Below, piece after piece: positions 39,733 through 49,307 of a stretch of DNA of 64,000 nt. This stretch comes from Candidatus Spongiisociaceae bacterium. Lineage in GTDB: Bacteria; Actinomycetota; Acidimicrobiia; Spongiisociales; Spongiisociaceae. The first letter of the stretch is position 1, and each line of letters starts with the position of its first letter. The translations under genes and the position numbers were made by a program. The stretch covers positions 1,312,001-1,376,000 of the forward strand of contig OZ253564.1 in assembly GCA_965262915.1 (NCBI GenBank), in the 5' to 3' direction. Below the pieces are notes generated by a model. It was not told where the DNA came from. It saw only the letters and a list, made by a program, of their open reading frames with translations, and searched no databases.

Positions 39733-40416
39733 ATGGACATAGAAGTTCGCCACGCGCCCAGTTTCGCAGTAGCGAAGTGCAGGTTGAGCGGCGGCGAGCA
39801 GCTCAAGGTCGAGTCTGGGGCCATGATGGCCCACTCGATCGGGATGGCGCTCGAGGCCAAGATGGAGGGCGGTGTGTTGAAGTCGCTCAAGCGCAGCATC
39901 TTGGGTGGCGAGTCTCTGTACGTCTCCACCTTCACCGCGCCGGACACCGGCGGCTGGGTGGATGTGGCCGCGAAGCTCCCCGGCGACCTCCGCGTCCTTG
40001 AGCTCGACGGCTCGCAGACCTGGATAATCGAGCGGGGCAACTGGCTCGCCTCGGAGGCGTCGATCGAGATCGACACCAAGTGGAGCGGGTTCGAGATGCT
40101 GGCTGGCGGCGAGGGCGGGTTCATGATCCACGCCAGCGGCGCCGGGAAGGCCATCGTGGCCTCCTACGGCGCCATCGAGACGATGTCGCTGGCCCAGGGC
40201 GAGACCGTCGTGGTCGACACCAACCACATGCTGGCCTTCTCAGACACCGTCAGTTTCGAACTGAAGCGGGCGGTGGAGGGCCGGAGCATCCAGTCGACCA
40301 AGTCCGGGGAGGGGTGGGTGTTCCACTACACCGGGCCGGGCGACATCATGGTGCAGACCCGCAACCAACAACAGCTCATCGCCTGGATCAACACCGAGAT
40401 CGGCAGCCGCGAATAG
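39733..40416 (+). CDS. TIGR00266/AIM24 family protein
   Basis: VESGAM, GGESL, GGEG and YTGPG..MVQTRN motifs. Confidence 0.9.
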   Translation: MDIEVRHAPSFAVAKCRLSGGEQLKVESGAMMAHSIGMALEAKMEGGVLKSLKRSILGGESLYVSTFTAPDTGGWVDVAAKLPGDLRVLELDGSQTWIIERGNWLASEASIEIDTKWSGFEMLAGGEGGFMIHASGAGKAIVASYGAIETMSLAQGETVVVDTNHMLAFSDTVSFELKRAVEGRSIQSTKSGEGWVFHYTGPGDIMVQTRNQQQLIAWINTEIGSRE

Positions 40417-40425
40417 ATCACTCCC

Positions 40426-40875
40426 TCAACGGAAGCTGACAACGTCATCAGCGGTGGTGCCTGTGCCGGTGCTGACGACCTGTTCGAGGATCAGGTCGGT
40501 GCTGGTGGTGGTGTCGTTGACAAGGACGATCGTCGACTCGTTGGTGTCGGGGTTGTAGGTCACCGACGACATGAACCCGATGGTCTGGCCGAAGTGACCG
40601 ACGGTGCCGTCGTGGAACACCATCACACCGAGCCCGTAGGCGCTCAACATGGCCGAGAATATGCTGGCTTGGGAGAGCTGGTACCGGGGGTCGGTGGTGC
40701 TGGCGAGGAACTCGTCGGCGCCGGCGACCTGGTTGTTGAAGAGTGCGATGAGGAATCGGTCGAGGTCCCCGACGGTAGAGATGAGGACACCGGCGCTATG
40801 GGATAGCGAGTCGACGGCGACGAACTCCTCGACGAGGGCGTTGCTGCCGTCACCCCCCACCTCGCTGGTGTCCAT
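40426..40875 (-). pseudogene. C-terminal fragment of a beta-lactamase-family serine hydrolase
   Basis: AGVLISTVGDLDRF, YGLG and GHFGQTIGF; SxxK region absent. Confidence 0.6.
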
Positions 40876-40918
40876 CACACCGGACCCCGGGCAACGGACC
40901 ACGGACTACCATTCCAGT

Positions 40919-41389
40919 ATGCTGCTGCCGGGCTCACCCGCACCCGAGTTCATCCTTCCCGACCACAACGCGGCAGAAGTCCGTCTGTCCGATTTCCGCG
41001 GGCGCTGGGTGGTCATCTGGTGGTACGCGAAGGCGGCAACCGAAGGTTGAAGGCGCGAAGGGGAGGGGTTCCGTGACCGAACCCCGGAATTCGAAGCCGA
41101 GGATGTGGTTCTCCTCGGAGCCTCCTATGACACCTCGGCGGAGAACCGCGCCTGGCATGAGGACATGGGATTCCGCTTCCGGCTGCTGTCCGACCCCGAT
41201 CAGACCGCGGCCGCCGCCTACGGGGCTGTCCGGCCACCGATGGATCGCTTCGCCGCCTACCCGGCCCGCGTCACCTTCGTGATCGACCCGGCCGGGCTGG
41301 TCGGACTGGTGTACGTGGTGGCGGGTAGCCAGATCGCCGGCCACGCCTCCCGGGTACTGGAGGACCTGCGCGTTCTCAAGCAGGGATGA
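40919..41389 (+). CDS. bcp: BCP/PrxQ peroxiredoxin, predicted selenoprotein (UGA at 41048)
   Basis: APEFILPD...LSDFRG...WYAKAATEG-TGA-RREGEGFRD...LLSD...RVTFVID all in one frame; TGA occupies the peroxidatic Cys position. Confidence 0.8.
41056..41093 (+). promoter_or_regulatory. Bacterial SECIS-like hairpin
   Basis: GGGGTTC-cgtgacc-GAACCCC (41065-41085) with outer CGAA/TTCG pairing, directly after the UGA. Confidence 0.6.
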
Positions 41390-41407
41390 CGCAGCCTTCT
41401 CGTGCCC

Positions 41408-42250
41408 CTATTCACGGGAAGGGTCCAGGTACGCGGCCACTACTTGGCGTGACCTGCGGACCACGGCCTCGTCGATCATCCGGCCGTTGTGGTCGACGAT
41501 GATTCCCCGGCCCGAAGCGATTGCCGCGTCGTAGGCCTCCACCATCCGGCGTGCAGACTCCAGTTCCTCCGATGTCGGAGTGAAGGCCTCGTTGATGATC
41601 CTTACATGGGCTGGATGGATAGCCGAACGTCCCGCGAAGCCCATGTCCGCCAGCTCCCTGGTGGAACGCCTGAGCTCCTCCAGGGTGCTCATGTCCAGGT
41701 TGGTGTAGACGGGACCGATCGGGCCTTCGATACCGCCGGACGCCGATGCCCAGACCAGCATGGATCTCGACGCGAGCCAGGCCGGATGATTCGCCGGTAC
41801 GGACATCCCGAGGTCCGCCCCCAGGTCCGCTTCGCCGGCCATGAGCCGGACGACCCGATCATGAGCGGCCATCGCGGGTGCATCGAGCAGGCCCCGGCCG
41901 CTCTCGACCAGGGCCGTGATGTCCGTACCCGTTAGAGCCCCGGAATCGGCAACCGCCTCGATGAGGCGAAGATCGGCCTTGGGGACCACGACCGTGTCGA
42001 TGTCCAGTCCCGCCAGAGCTTCGAGGTCGGCGGACAGATGATCGGTATGGCTGTTGATCCGCACACCGACCCGGGCGCCCTCCTCCTTCAACCTCGGGAT
42101 CGCCCGGCGCGCTTCCTCACGGGCCAACTTCTTCGAGCCGACCGCAACCGCATCCTCCAGATCGACCAGGACGAGGTCGGCCTGTCGCTGTGCTGCCTTG
42201 ACCAGCATCTTCGGCCGGTCCGCCGGTACGTATAGGACGCTGCGGATCAT
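41408..42250 (-). CDS. CitE/HpcH-family CoA-ester lyase
   Basis: RSVLYVPA, DLEDAV, VPK, IHP and MIDE motifs. Confidence 0.9.
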   Translation of the reverse strand: MIRSVLYVPADRPKMLVKAAQRQADLVLVDLEDAVAVGSKKLAREEARRAIPRLKEEGARVGVRINSHTDHLSADLEALAGLDIDTVVVPKADLRLIEAVADSGALTGTDITALVESGRGLLDAPAMAAHDRVVRLMAGEADLGADLGMSVPANHPAWLASRSMLVWASASGGIEGPIGPVYTNLDMSTLEELRRSTRELADMGFAGRSAIHPAHVRIINEAFTPTSEELESARRMVEAYDAAIASGRGIIVDHNGRMIDEAVVRRSRQVVAAYLDPSRE

Positions 42251-42304
42251 GGCGTCGGATCGTAGCTGCGATGCAAGGACGCTCCGTTGCTTTGGAGGCG
42301 ACCG

Positions 42305-43075
42305 TTACGCCCCGGACGGGCGGAGAGCGGCGAGGAGGGGTATGGAAGCGATCTTGCGCTCGGTCAGTTCTTCCCAGCGCACCCCCGGCGTTCCGCTCCG
42401 ACCTTCACACGGGATGGCGCGCTCCGGAGTGACGATCAGGTCGAGGGCTACGTCGTGGTCGGCTAGAGGAATCAGATCCGGCTCGACGATCTGGATCTCA
42501 TGGACGGTGGTGGCCACCACCGTGGCGGGTCCGATCAGCCCGGCTTCCCATGCCAGGGCGTACTCCAGGTCGCTGAACCCGCCTCCCTTGCCCAGACGGG
42601 CGCCGGTCGTGGCCGCGGCAACGCATCCGGTGATGACCAGGTCGACCGGTTGCATGTCCTCGACCCGGATCGTGCGGGCGGACCGGCTTGCTCCCTTGAT
42701 GGAGGAAGAGGCCCGCGGGGTGCCGGCCAAGTCGTCGGGATCCAGGTAGAAGAACGGTTCGGCGCTCGCAAGCCGGGGCACGGCCATGAAAACCAGCTTT
42801 CCGTCCTCCAAGGCTTTCTGGCGCACCGGCCACTGCGGCGAGTCGGGATTCGACTTGAGCGTTCGGGCTGCCGCCCACTCGCCGGTGCTTCGCAGGCGTT
42901 CGGCGGCTGCTTCGGCCCCAACGAAATTGGGAATCCGTCCACGTGCACCGGGGAAACGGGAGGCCTTGCCTGCAATGAGGCGATCCCACACCAGCTCGCG
43001 CACGTCTGCTTTGGCAGCCAGGATTTCCGGATTACCTCCGGCGTCGTGGTCGTGACGGGGCGCGGACCGTGCCAT
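42305..43075 (-). CDS. 5-formyltetrahydrofolate cyclo-ligase (MTHFSD-like)
   Basis: RIPNFVGA, NPDSPQ, RLGKGGGFSDLE and HDVALD motifs. Confidence 0.85.
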   Translation of the reverse strand: MARSAPRHDHDAGGNPEILAAKADVRELVWDRLIAGKASRFPGARGRIPNFVGAEAAAERLRSTGEWAAARTLKSNPDSPQWPVRQKALEDGKLVFMAVPRLASAEPFFYLDPDDLAGTPRASSSIKGASRSARTIRVEDMQPVDLVITGCVAAATTGARLGKGGGFSDLEYALAWEAGLIGPATVVATTVHEIQIVEPDLIPLADHDVALDLIVTPERAIPCEGRSGTPGVRWEELTERKIASIPLLAALRPSGA

Positions 43076-43116
43076 GGGGCCCGACCTTACCGGCGTCTGC
43101 GGTCCGCGGTCCCTGG

Positions 43117-43225
43117 AAGGGTGCTGAAAAACCCCGTACAAAGGGGTTCGCTTGCTAGCCACAACTCTCAGACCAGGTGGTTTGCCAACCAGCGAACCCC
43201 GCAAGATTCGTTTTTCAGCACCCTC
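43117..43225. mobile_element. MITE with IS1182-like ends
   Basis: TIRs AAGGGTGCTGAAAAAC / GTTTTTCAGCACCCTC; CTGG/CTAG flanks; internal GGGGTTCGCT...AGCGAACCCC stem. Confidence 0.75.
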
Positions 43226-43339
43226 CTAGCGGCGAGGGCTCGGTGGGTGGCTTCGTGGTTCGTGGGTCACCGGTCACGCGGCACGGTTCACGGCTCGCGG
43301 AGCGCGCTACCGTCGGGCGGCGATCTCGGATTGGAAGGG

Positions 43340-44101
43340 ATGTCGAAACTGGCCCGAGTCCTGGCAGCCGTATTGACGGCGGTGCTGGTCGTGAGCGCGT
43401 GCGGGGGATCGATGGACGCTCCGAGCGCTCGCCGGGAGTTGCTGGTATCGGCCGCCGCCTCGCTCACCGACGCGTTCGCAGAGATCGAAAGGGAGTTCGA
43501 GAGAGCGACTCCCGGAGTCGATGTGGTTCTCAACCTGGGGGGTAGTTCGCTACTGCGCGAGCAGATTCTCTCCGGTGCTCCGGTGGGGGTATTCGCATCC
43601 GCCGATCCGGACACGATGAAGCAGGTTGGCGATGCCGGCTATCTGGACGGCCCGTACCGTGTGTTCGCTCACAATCGTATGGCCATCGCCGTTCCCAGGG
43701 GTAACCCGGCCGGTGTCCGTGGCCTGGATGACCTGGGTGACGGACACCTTCTGGTGGGGCTCTGCGCCGAGATGGTGCCCTGCGGTGACTTTGCCCGGCA
43801 GGTGCTGGCGAAGGCAGGGATCCGACCGGTGGTGGACACCGAGGAACCCAACGTACGCGCTCTTCTGACCAAAGTTGCAGCGGGAGAGCTTGACCTGGCG
43901 GTGGTCTACGTCACCGATATCGCCGTATCAGACTCAGTGGAGGAGATCCCCATCGCCGATGACTACAACGTGGCGACCGACTATCCGATCGCGGTGGTGG
44001 CGGGATCGCCGGACCCGGCCGGCGCCGAAGCCTTCGTCGTCTTCGTCCTATCGGAGGAGGGCAGGCGAATAATGGCCCGTCACGGGTTCTCTCTACCGTA
44101 G
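43340..44101 (+). CDS. modA: Molybdate ABC transporter substrate-binding lipoprotein
   Basis: Lipobox VSAC; AAASL, GSS.L..QI..GAP, VPCG and VYVTD. Confidence 0.92.
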   Translation: MSKLARVLAAVLTAVLVVSACGGSMDAPSARRELLVSAAASLTDAFAEIEREFERATPGVDVVLNLGGSSLLREQILSGAPVGVFASADPDTMKQVGDAGYLDGPYRVFAHNRMAIAVPRGNPAGVRGLDDLGDGHLLVGLCAEMVPCGDFARQVLAKAGIRPVVDTEEPNVRALLTKVAAGELDLAVVYVTDIAVSDSVEEIPIADDYNVATDYPIAVVAGSPDPAGAEAFVVFVLSEEGRRIMARHGFSLP

Positions 44102-44107
44102 GCCGGG

Positions 44108-44950
44108 ATGAGTAATACAGATCGGAACTGGGGCAGAGAAGGCTCCTCGAGATCACCGTCCCGGCAGCCGCGGCGGTCGCCGCCGCTGTTCATTCTGATC
44201 CCGGCCGCCATCGGGCTGGCGTTGTTCGTGATCCCGGTGCTCGGACTGTTGGTCCGTGCTCCCTGGCAGGATCTCCCGGCCCTTCTGTCGGCGGAGATGG
44301 TTGCGGACACGCTGTGGCTCTCCCTGCTGTCCTCGGTGGCCGCATCCGTTGTGTCTCTCCTGCTCGGTGTGCCGCTTGCCTGGATGCTCGCCCGCTTCGA
44401 GTTTCCGGGCAGAGCCGTGGTACGGGGTGTGGTCCTGCTTCCTCTGGTCCTGCCACCGGTCGTGGGAGGAGCGGCGCTGCTGTTCGCGCTCGGACGGCGC
44501 GGGATCGTGGGTGCCCCGCTCGAGCGCGTTACCGGCCTGACCCTCCCATTCACCACCTGGGGGGTGATCGTGGCGGTGTCGTTCGTGGCGATGCCGCTGA
44601 TGGTGATAACCGTCGAGGGCGCGCTGCGCAACCTGGATCCCCGCTTCGAGCGGGCCGCCGAGACCTTGGGGGCCCGGAGGTGGACGGTGCTGCGCCGGGT
44701 CACCCTGCCGATGATCGCCCCGTCACTGGTGGCGGGGGCCGCCTTGACGTGGGCCAGGGCATTGGGTGAGTTCGGGGCGACCCTTACCTTTGCAGGGAAC
44801 CTCCAAGGCCGCACCCAGACTCTCCCGCTGGCGGTGTTCGTCGCCCTGGAGACCGACCGGGACACTGCCATTGCTCTCAGCCTGGTGATGGTGGTTCTCT
44901 CGCTGGCCGTGCTGATCTCGCTCCGTGATCATTGGTGGAGGCGGCGGTGA
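44108..44950 (+). CDS. modB: Molybdate ABC transporter permease
   Basis: LPLVLPPVVGG and ARALGEFGAT motifs. Confidence 0.92.
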   Translation: MSNTDRNWGREGSSRSPSRQPRRSPPLFILIPAAIGLALFVIPVLGLLVRAPWQDLPALLSAEMVADTLWLSLLSSVAASVVSLLLGVPLAWMLARFEFPGRAVVRGVVLLPLVLPPVVGGAALLFALGRRGIVGAPLERVTGLTLPFTTWGVIVAVSFVAMPLMVITVEGALRNLDPRFERAAETLGARRWTVLRRVTLPMIAPSLVAGAALTWARALGEFGATLTFAGNLQGRTQTLPLAVFVALETDRDTAIALSLVMVVLSLAVLISLRDHWWRRR

Positions 44951-46002
44951 GTACCGGCCTCGATGCCCGTGTGGTCGTGGAGCGGGAGGGTTTCGTCCTC
45001 GATGTCTCCCTGAGCATCCCGCCCGACCGGACAGTGGCGGTCCTCGGTCCGAACGGGGCGGGCAAGACCACTCTGGTGGAGGTCCTGGCGGGTCTGCTGG
45101 CGGTAGACCGAGGGTCGGTACGGTTGGGCGACCGGGTCTTGGACGACCCTGCCCACGGGGTCTTCCTCGGGCCCGCTGAGCGTCGCATCGGGGTGGTGTT
45201 CCAGGACGGGATGCTGTTTCCCCATCTCAGTGCACTGGAGAACATCGCCTTCGGGCTGCGCGCCACCGGTGTGCCCAAGTCCGAGGCCCGGAGAAGGGCG
45301 GCCGGATGGTTGGCGGCGGTGGGACTCTCCGATCTTGCCGAGCGCCGACCCGGAGCCATTTCAGGGGGGCAGGCACAACGCGTGGCCTTCGCCCGGGCGC
45401 TGGCAACCGACCCGGAGATGTTGCTGCTCGACGAGCCTTTCTCTGCGCTCGATATCACATCGAGGGTCGGGCTCCGCCGGATGCTGCGCGATCATCTGTC
45501 CGGCTACGCCGGACCCCGCCTGCTGATTACCCACGATCCCACCGAGGCTTTCCTGCTCGCCGATGAGATGGTCATCCTGGAGCGGGGATCCGTGGTCCAG
45601 ACCGGCGGAGCTGACGAGATCAGGCTCCGGCCCGCCAGCCGCTACGCCGCCGACCTGGCCGGGGTCAACCTGGTGGTCGGTACCGCCGCCGGGCGGGTTC
45701 TGACAGTGCAGGGGCACCGGCTGGCCATTGCCGAGGGGGTGGAAGGTCGGGTGATCGCCACCATCCATCCGCGGGCCATCTCGATCCACCTCGGTCCGCC
45801 CGGCGGTAGCCCCCGGAACTCCTGGAAGACGAGGATTCGCCACGTCGACCACCATGCCGACCGGGTTCGGATCCAGACCGGTCGGCCGCTACCCCTCACC
45901 GCCGAGGTGACCCCGGATGCTCAGTCTGCCCTCAGCCTCTTCCCCGGCGCTTCGGTCTGGCTGTCGATCAAAGCCACGGAGATACTGGTTGCTAGGTGCT
46001 AG
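44947..46002 (+). CDS. modC: Molybdate ABC transporter ATPase with TOBE domain
   Basis: GPNGAGKT, SGGQ and LLDEP motifs; C-terminal IKATE. Confidence 0.9.
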   Translation: MSTGLDARVVVEREGFVLDVSLSIPPDRTVAVLGPNGAGKTTLVEVLAGLLAVDRGSVRLGDRVLDDPAHGVFLGPAERRIGVVFQDGMLFPHLSALENIAFGLRATGVPKSEARRRAAGWLAAVGLSDLAERRPGAISGGQAQRVAFARALATDPEMLLLDEPFSALDITSRVGLRRMLRDHLSGYAGPRLLITHDPTEAFLLADEMVILERGSVVQTGGADEIRLRPASRYAADLAGVNLVVGTAAGRVLTVQGHRLAIAEGVEGRVIATIHPRAISIHLGPPGGSPRNSWKTRIRHVDHHADRVRIQTGRPLPLTAEVTPDAQSALSLFPGASVWLSIKATEILVARC

Positions 46003-46016
46003 GTGCTAGGTGCTAG
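45990..46016. repeat. Heptamer tandem repeat (TGCTAGG)n
   Basis: CTAG at 45992, 45999, 46006 and 46013; IS1380 sits at the last one. Confidence 0.85.
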
Positions 46017-47759
46017 CCCCAATTCTTCATGGGGTTGGTGGTGGGGGTGGGTGGTTTGACACGGGAATGCCCTTCTGACCTGCGATTATGGGCGGTGAAG
46101 AAGTCGTCCATGGTCTCAGTCAGGAGGGCACCCGTATGGTGAAGGCTAACAGCAGTTTGAGGTTGAGGGTCGAGGTGGGGGGTGGCGGTCAGGTGGGTCA
46201 TGTGGGGTTGTGGCTGTTAGGCCGGTTCGCGGATCGTATGCGGGTGGGCGAGGTGCTGTCGGAAGCGTTCGGTGCTTCGGGTGTGGTTCATGATCGGGGC
46301 AGGTTGTTGGTTCATTTGATGCTGGTGTTGGCCGGGGGTGGGGAGGCTTGCACCGACATCGAGACGCTGCGTTCCCAGCGCCGATTGTTCGGCCCGGTGG
46401 CGTCGGACTCGACCCTGTACCGGACCCTCACCGGGGCTGATGAGGGATTGTTGGAGACCCTCGCCGGGGCGATGGTCACAGTCCGGGAACGGGTGTGGGC
46501 TGACTATCCGGCGGGCGAAACGGTGATCTTGGACATCGACTCGTCGGTTCATGAGGTGCATTCGGAGAACAAGCAGCACGCCGCGCCGACCTATAACCGC
46601 AAATACGGGTTCCATCCCCTCTATTGCTTTGGGGACTGGACCGGCGAACCCCTCGCTGCTCGGCTACGGCGAGGCGGCGCCGCGCCCAATCAGGTTTCGG
46701 ACCTGGTCGAGGTGCTGGACGCGGCGGTGGAGGCGCTGCCCAAACGGATGCGGGTGGGTCACTCGCCGGGTGACGACCCCGAGCGGGTGGTCTATCCGAT
46801 CCGGGTCCGGGCCGATTCCGCTGCGGGACCCGCGTTCGCTACCGAATGCCACAAACGTAACATCGGGTTCAGTTTCGTCGCTCGAAGATCCGACGGGATC
46901 GCCGAAGCCCTCAGCCACATTCCCCCAGACGACCCACGCTGGCAGCCCGCCCTTCCCCAACCCAGCCCACCCCAAAACAACAACAGAGGCAACCGGACCG
47001 AGATTGACAACCCCGACACCGCGCAGGCCGACGATCCAGAACCCCAGCGGGTTCGTGCCCATGTGATCGAACTCACCGACCACGTCAAAGCCTACAGATG
47101 GCCCAAAGGCCTCCGACTCGTCATCAGACGCGAACCCCGCCACCCCGGCGCGAAACGATCCCTGTTCGACTCCGACGGCTACCGCTACTGGGGACACTGG
47201 ACCGACCAAGCTCAGCCTGCCCCCGAATCCGACCGCGACATGCGCGCCCACGCCCGAGTCGAAACCCACATCGCCCGCGTCAAAGACCACGGCGGCAGCC
47301 GCTTCCCATTCACCAAATACGCTCCCAACCGGCTCTGGCTCCACATAGTCGCCCTCGCCGACACCCTCGTGCGCTGGTTCCAGAAACTCTCCCTACCCAA
47401 ACACCACCCCCTCACCCGAGCGAAGCCGAAAACACTGCGCCCGAACCTATGGCACATACCAGGCATCATCACCCGCCACAGCCGACAAACCACCCTCCGA
47501 ATACCGGTCACCTGGCCCACCGCCACCCTCATCGCAACCACCCACCAACAAATCCAAGCCCTCTAACCCTGAACCGAACCCCCAACACACCCCCCGAACC
47601 TCAACCCGACCACGCCCCGAACACCAACCCCACCCCCTACGAGCCCACCCCAACACACCCCACCATCCTCAGAACCGGCCAACCCGCCAACAACCACCCG
47701 AAGTACCCCACCCCAAAGCGCTCACACCCCCAAACCCGCCAACGCGTGAAGAATTGGGG
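46017..47759 (+). mobile_element. IS1380-family element, copy 2 (diverged from copy 1)
   Basis: TIRs CCCCAATTCTTCA / TGAAGAATTGGGG; CTAG at 46013 and 47760. Confidence 0.9.
46136..47566 (+). CDS. IS1380 transposase
   Basis: Close paralog of 29207-30658. Confidence 0.9.
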   Translation: MVKANSSLRLRVEVGGGGQVGHVGLWLLGRFADRMRVGEVLSEAFGASGVVHDRGRLLVHLMLVLAGGGEACTDIETLRSQRRLFGPVASDSTLYRTLTGADEGLLETLAGAMVTVRERVWADYPAGETVILDIDSSVHEVHSENKQHAAPTYNRKYGFHPLYCFGDWTGEPLAARLRRGGAAPNQVSDLVEVLDAAVEALPKRMRVGHSPGDDPERVVYPIRVRADSAAGPAFATECHKRNIGFSFVARRSDGIAEALSHIPPDDPRWQPALPQPSPPQNNNRGNRTEIDNPDTAQADDPEPQRVRAHVIELTDHVKAYRWPKGLRLVIRREPRHPGAKRSLFDSDGYRYWGHWTDQAQPAPESDRDMRAHARVETHIARVKDHGGSRFPFTKYAPNRLWLHIVALADTLVRWFQKLSLPKHHPLTRAKPKTLRPNLWHIPGIITRHSRQTTLRIPVTWPTATLIATTHQQIQAL

Positions 47760-47802
47760 CTAGTGATTAGTAGGATGTAACTCTATCTTACGTGGGTTTA
47801 AT

Positions 47803-47846
47803 CTGACACCTGACACCTGACACCTGACACCTGACACCTGACACCT
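47803..47846. repeat. Heptamer tandem repeat (CTGACAC)x6 + CT; resumes at 49328-49341
   Basis: Directly visible; interrupted by IS110 at the CT. Confidence 0.95.
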
Positions 47847-47854
47847 AATGGGGG

Positions 47855-48050
47855 TCCACCACTTCTGCCGGTTTGTCTGGGAGGGTGTGGTGGTTGAGCT
47901 GGCCGGCCGGTGAGTACTGGTGGCACCCGGAACGCTGATTCCTAGTGTCAGATCGTACCCCGGCCGGTTCGCGAGGGCCGCTTGTAGCGCTCATGGGGTG
48001 GCGTGCCACAGAGCACTGATCCATTAGGTCGCCGCCAGGCGTTCTCCACA
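47855..48050 (+). ncRNA. Predicted IS110 bridge RNA
   Basis: Two stem-enclosed loops carrying TGGCACC (47921), GTGTCAG (47945), TGGGGTG (47994) and CCATTAG (48021), matching the target and donor junction; RNA ends approximate. Confidence 0.8.
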
Positions 48051-48086
48051 GCTCGGCAAGAATCGATCCGCACGAGGGAGGCGAAG

Positions 48087-49307
48087 ATGATTTTTGTGGG
48101 TAACGACTGGGCTGAGGGCCACCACGATGTGTATCTGCTGGACGAGGGTGGGACCCGGCTGGGGTTCGCCCGTATACCGGAAGGGATCCAAGGTATAGCC
48201 AGGTTCCACCAGATGGTCGCCGAGCACGCATCGGATGCGGCTGAGGTAGTGGTAGGCATCGAGACCGATCGTGGGCTGTGGGTCGGTGCGCTGGTCGCGG
48301 CGGGCTATGTGGTGTATGCGATCAACCCTAGGGCGGTGTCCCGCTACCGGGACCGTCACAGCCTGGGCGGAGCTAAATCAGACCGCGGTGATGCCAAGGT
48401 GTTAGCTGATCTGGTACGCACCGACCGTCACAACCACCGTCCCGTGGCCGGTGACAGCCCCGAATCGGAAGGTATCAAGATCGTGGCCAGAACGCATCAG
48501 AACCTGATCTGGGCGAGGGTGCGTCACACCAACCAGTTACGCAACGCCCTGCGCGAATACTATCCCGCAGCGCTGGAAACGTTCGCTGACCTGGCCCATT
48601 CCGACGCTGTGGCCGTACTGGGTCGGGCACCCACCCCCGCCCTTGGCGCCCGCCTGACACTGCCCCAGATCCGAGCTGCGCTCAAAAGGGGCGGACGGAA
48701 ACGCAACCTCGATCCGGTCGCCCGCAAAATACAGAAAGGCCTCCGAGCTGCTCACCTCGCCGCACCGGGGCCGGTTGAGGACGCCTTCGGAGCGACTGTC
48801 GGGGCACTGGTGAGCATCATTGGGGAGGCCAACCGCCAGATCAGCCAACTCGAAGCAACCCTGGAGACCCGTTTTGAGCAGCACCCGGACGCCGTGATCT
48901 ACCATTCCCAGCCAGGACTCGGTACTGTGCTCGGCGCCCGGGTGCTCGGTGAGTTCGGGGACGACCCCGACCGTTACACCGGGGCCAAGTCTCGCAGAAA
49001 CTACGCCGGAACGTCGCCCATCACAGTGGCGTCGGGCCGCAAACGTGCTGTCCTGGCCCGCCACGTCCGTAACCGGCGTCTCTACGACGCCTTGGACCAA
49101 TGGGCGTTCTGTTCCCTAACCCCAAGCCCAGGAGCCCGAGCGTTCTACGACCAGAAACGAGCAGCCGGCGACCTCCACCACCAAGCACTCCGAGCCCTAG
49201 CCAACCGACTCGTCGGCATCCTCCACGGCTGCCTCAAACACCGAACCCCCTACAACGAACACACCGCCTGGGCACACCGAACCCTCATCGACCGAGCCGC
49301 AGCTTGA
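48087..49307 (+). CDS. IS110 DEDD recombinase/transposase
   Basis: VGNDW, GIETD and KSDRGDA (DEDD); GTSPITVASG (catalytic Ser region); ALANRL. Confidence 0.92.
   Translation: MIFVGNDWAEGHHDVYLLDEGGTRLGFARIPEGIQGIARFHQMVAEHASDAAEVVVGIETDRGLWVGALVAAGYVVYAINPRAVSRYRDRHSLGGAKSDRGDAKVLADLVRTDRHNHRPVAGDSPESEGIKIVARTHQNLIWARVRHTNQLRNALREYYPAALETFADLAHSDAVAVLGRAPTPALGARLTLPQIRAALKRGGRKRNLDPVARKIQKGLRAAHLAAPGPVEDAFGATVGALVSIIGEANRQISQLEATLETRFEQHPDAVIYHSQPGLGTVLGARVLGEFGDDPDRYTGAKSRRNYAGTSPITVASGRKRAVLARHVRNRRLYDALDQWAFCSLTPSPGARAFYDQKRAAGDLHHQALRALANRLVGILHGCLKHRTPYNEHTAWAHRTLIDRAAA

Noticed and set aside
28982-47759. Composite transposon bounded by the two IS1380 copies
   Set aside because: The copies are clearly diverged and each has its own CTAG duplication; CTAG is uninformative as a shared TSD.
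47764-47802. AT-rich 39-bp spacer as part of IS110
   Set aside because: It lies outside the heptamer array and the CT core; origin unknown.
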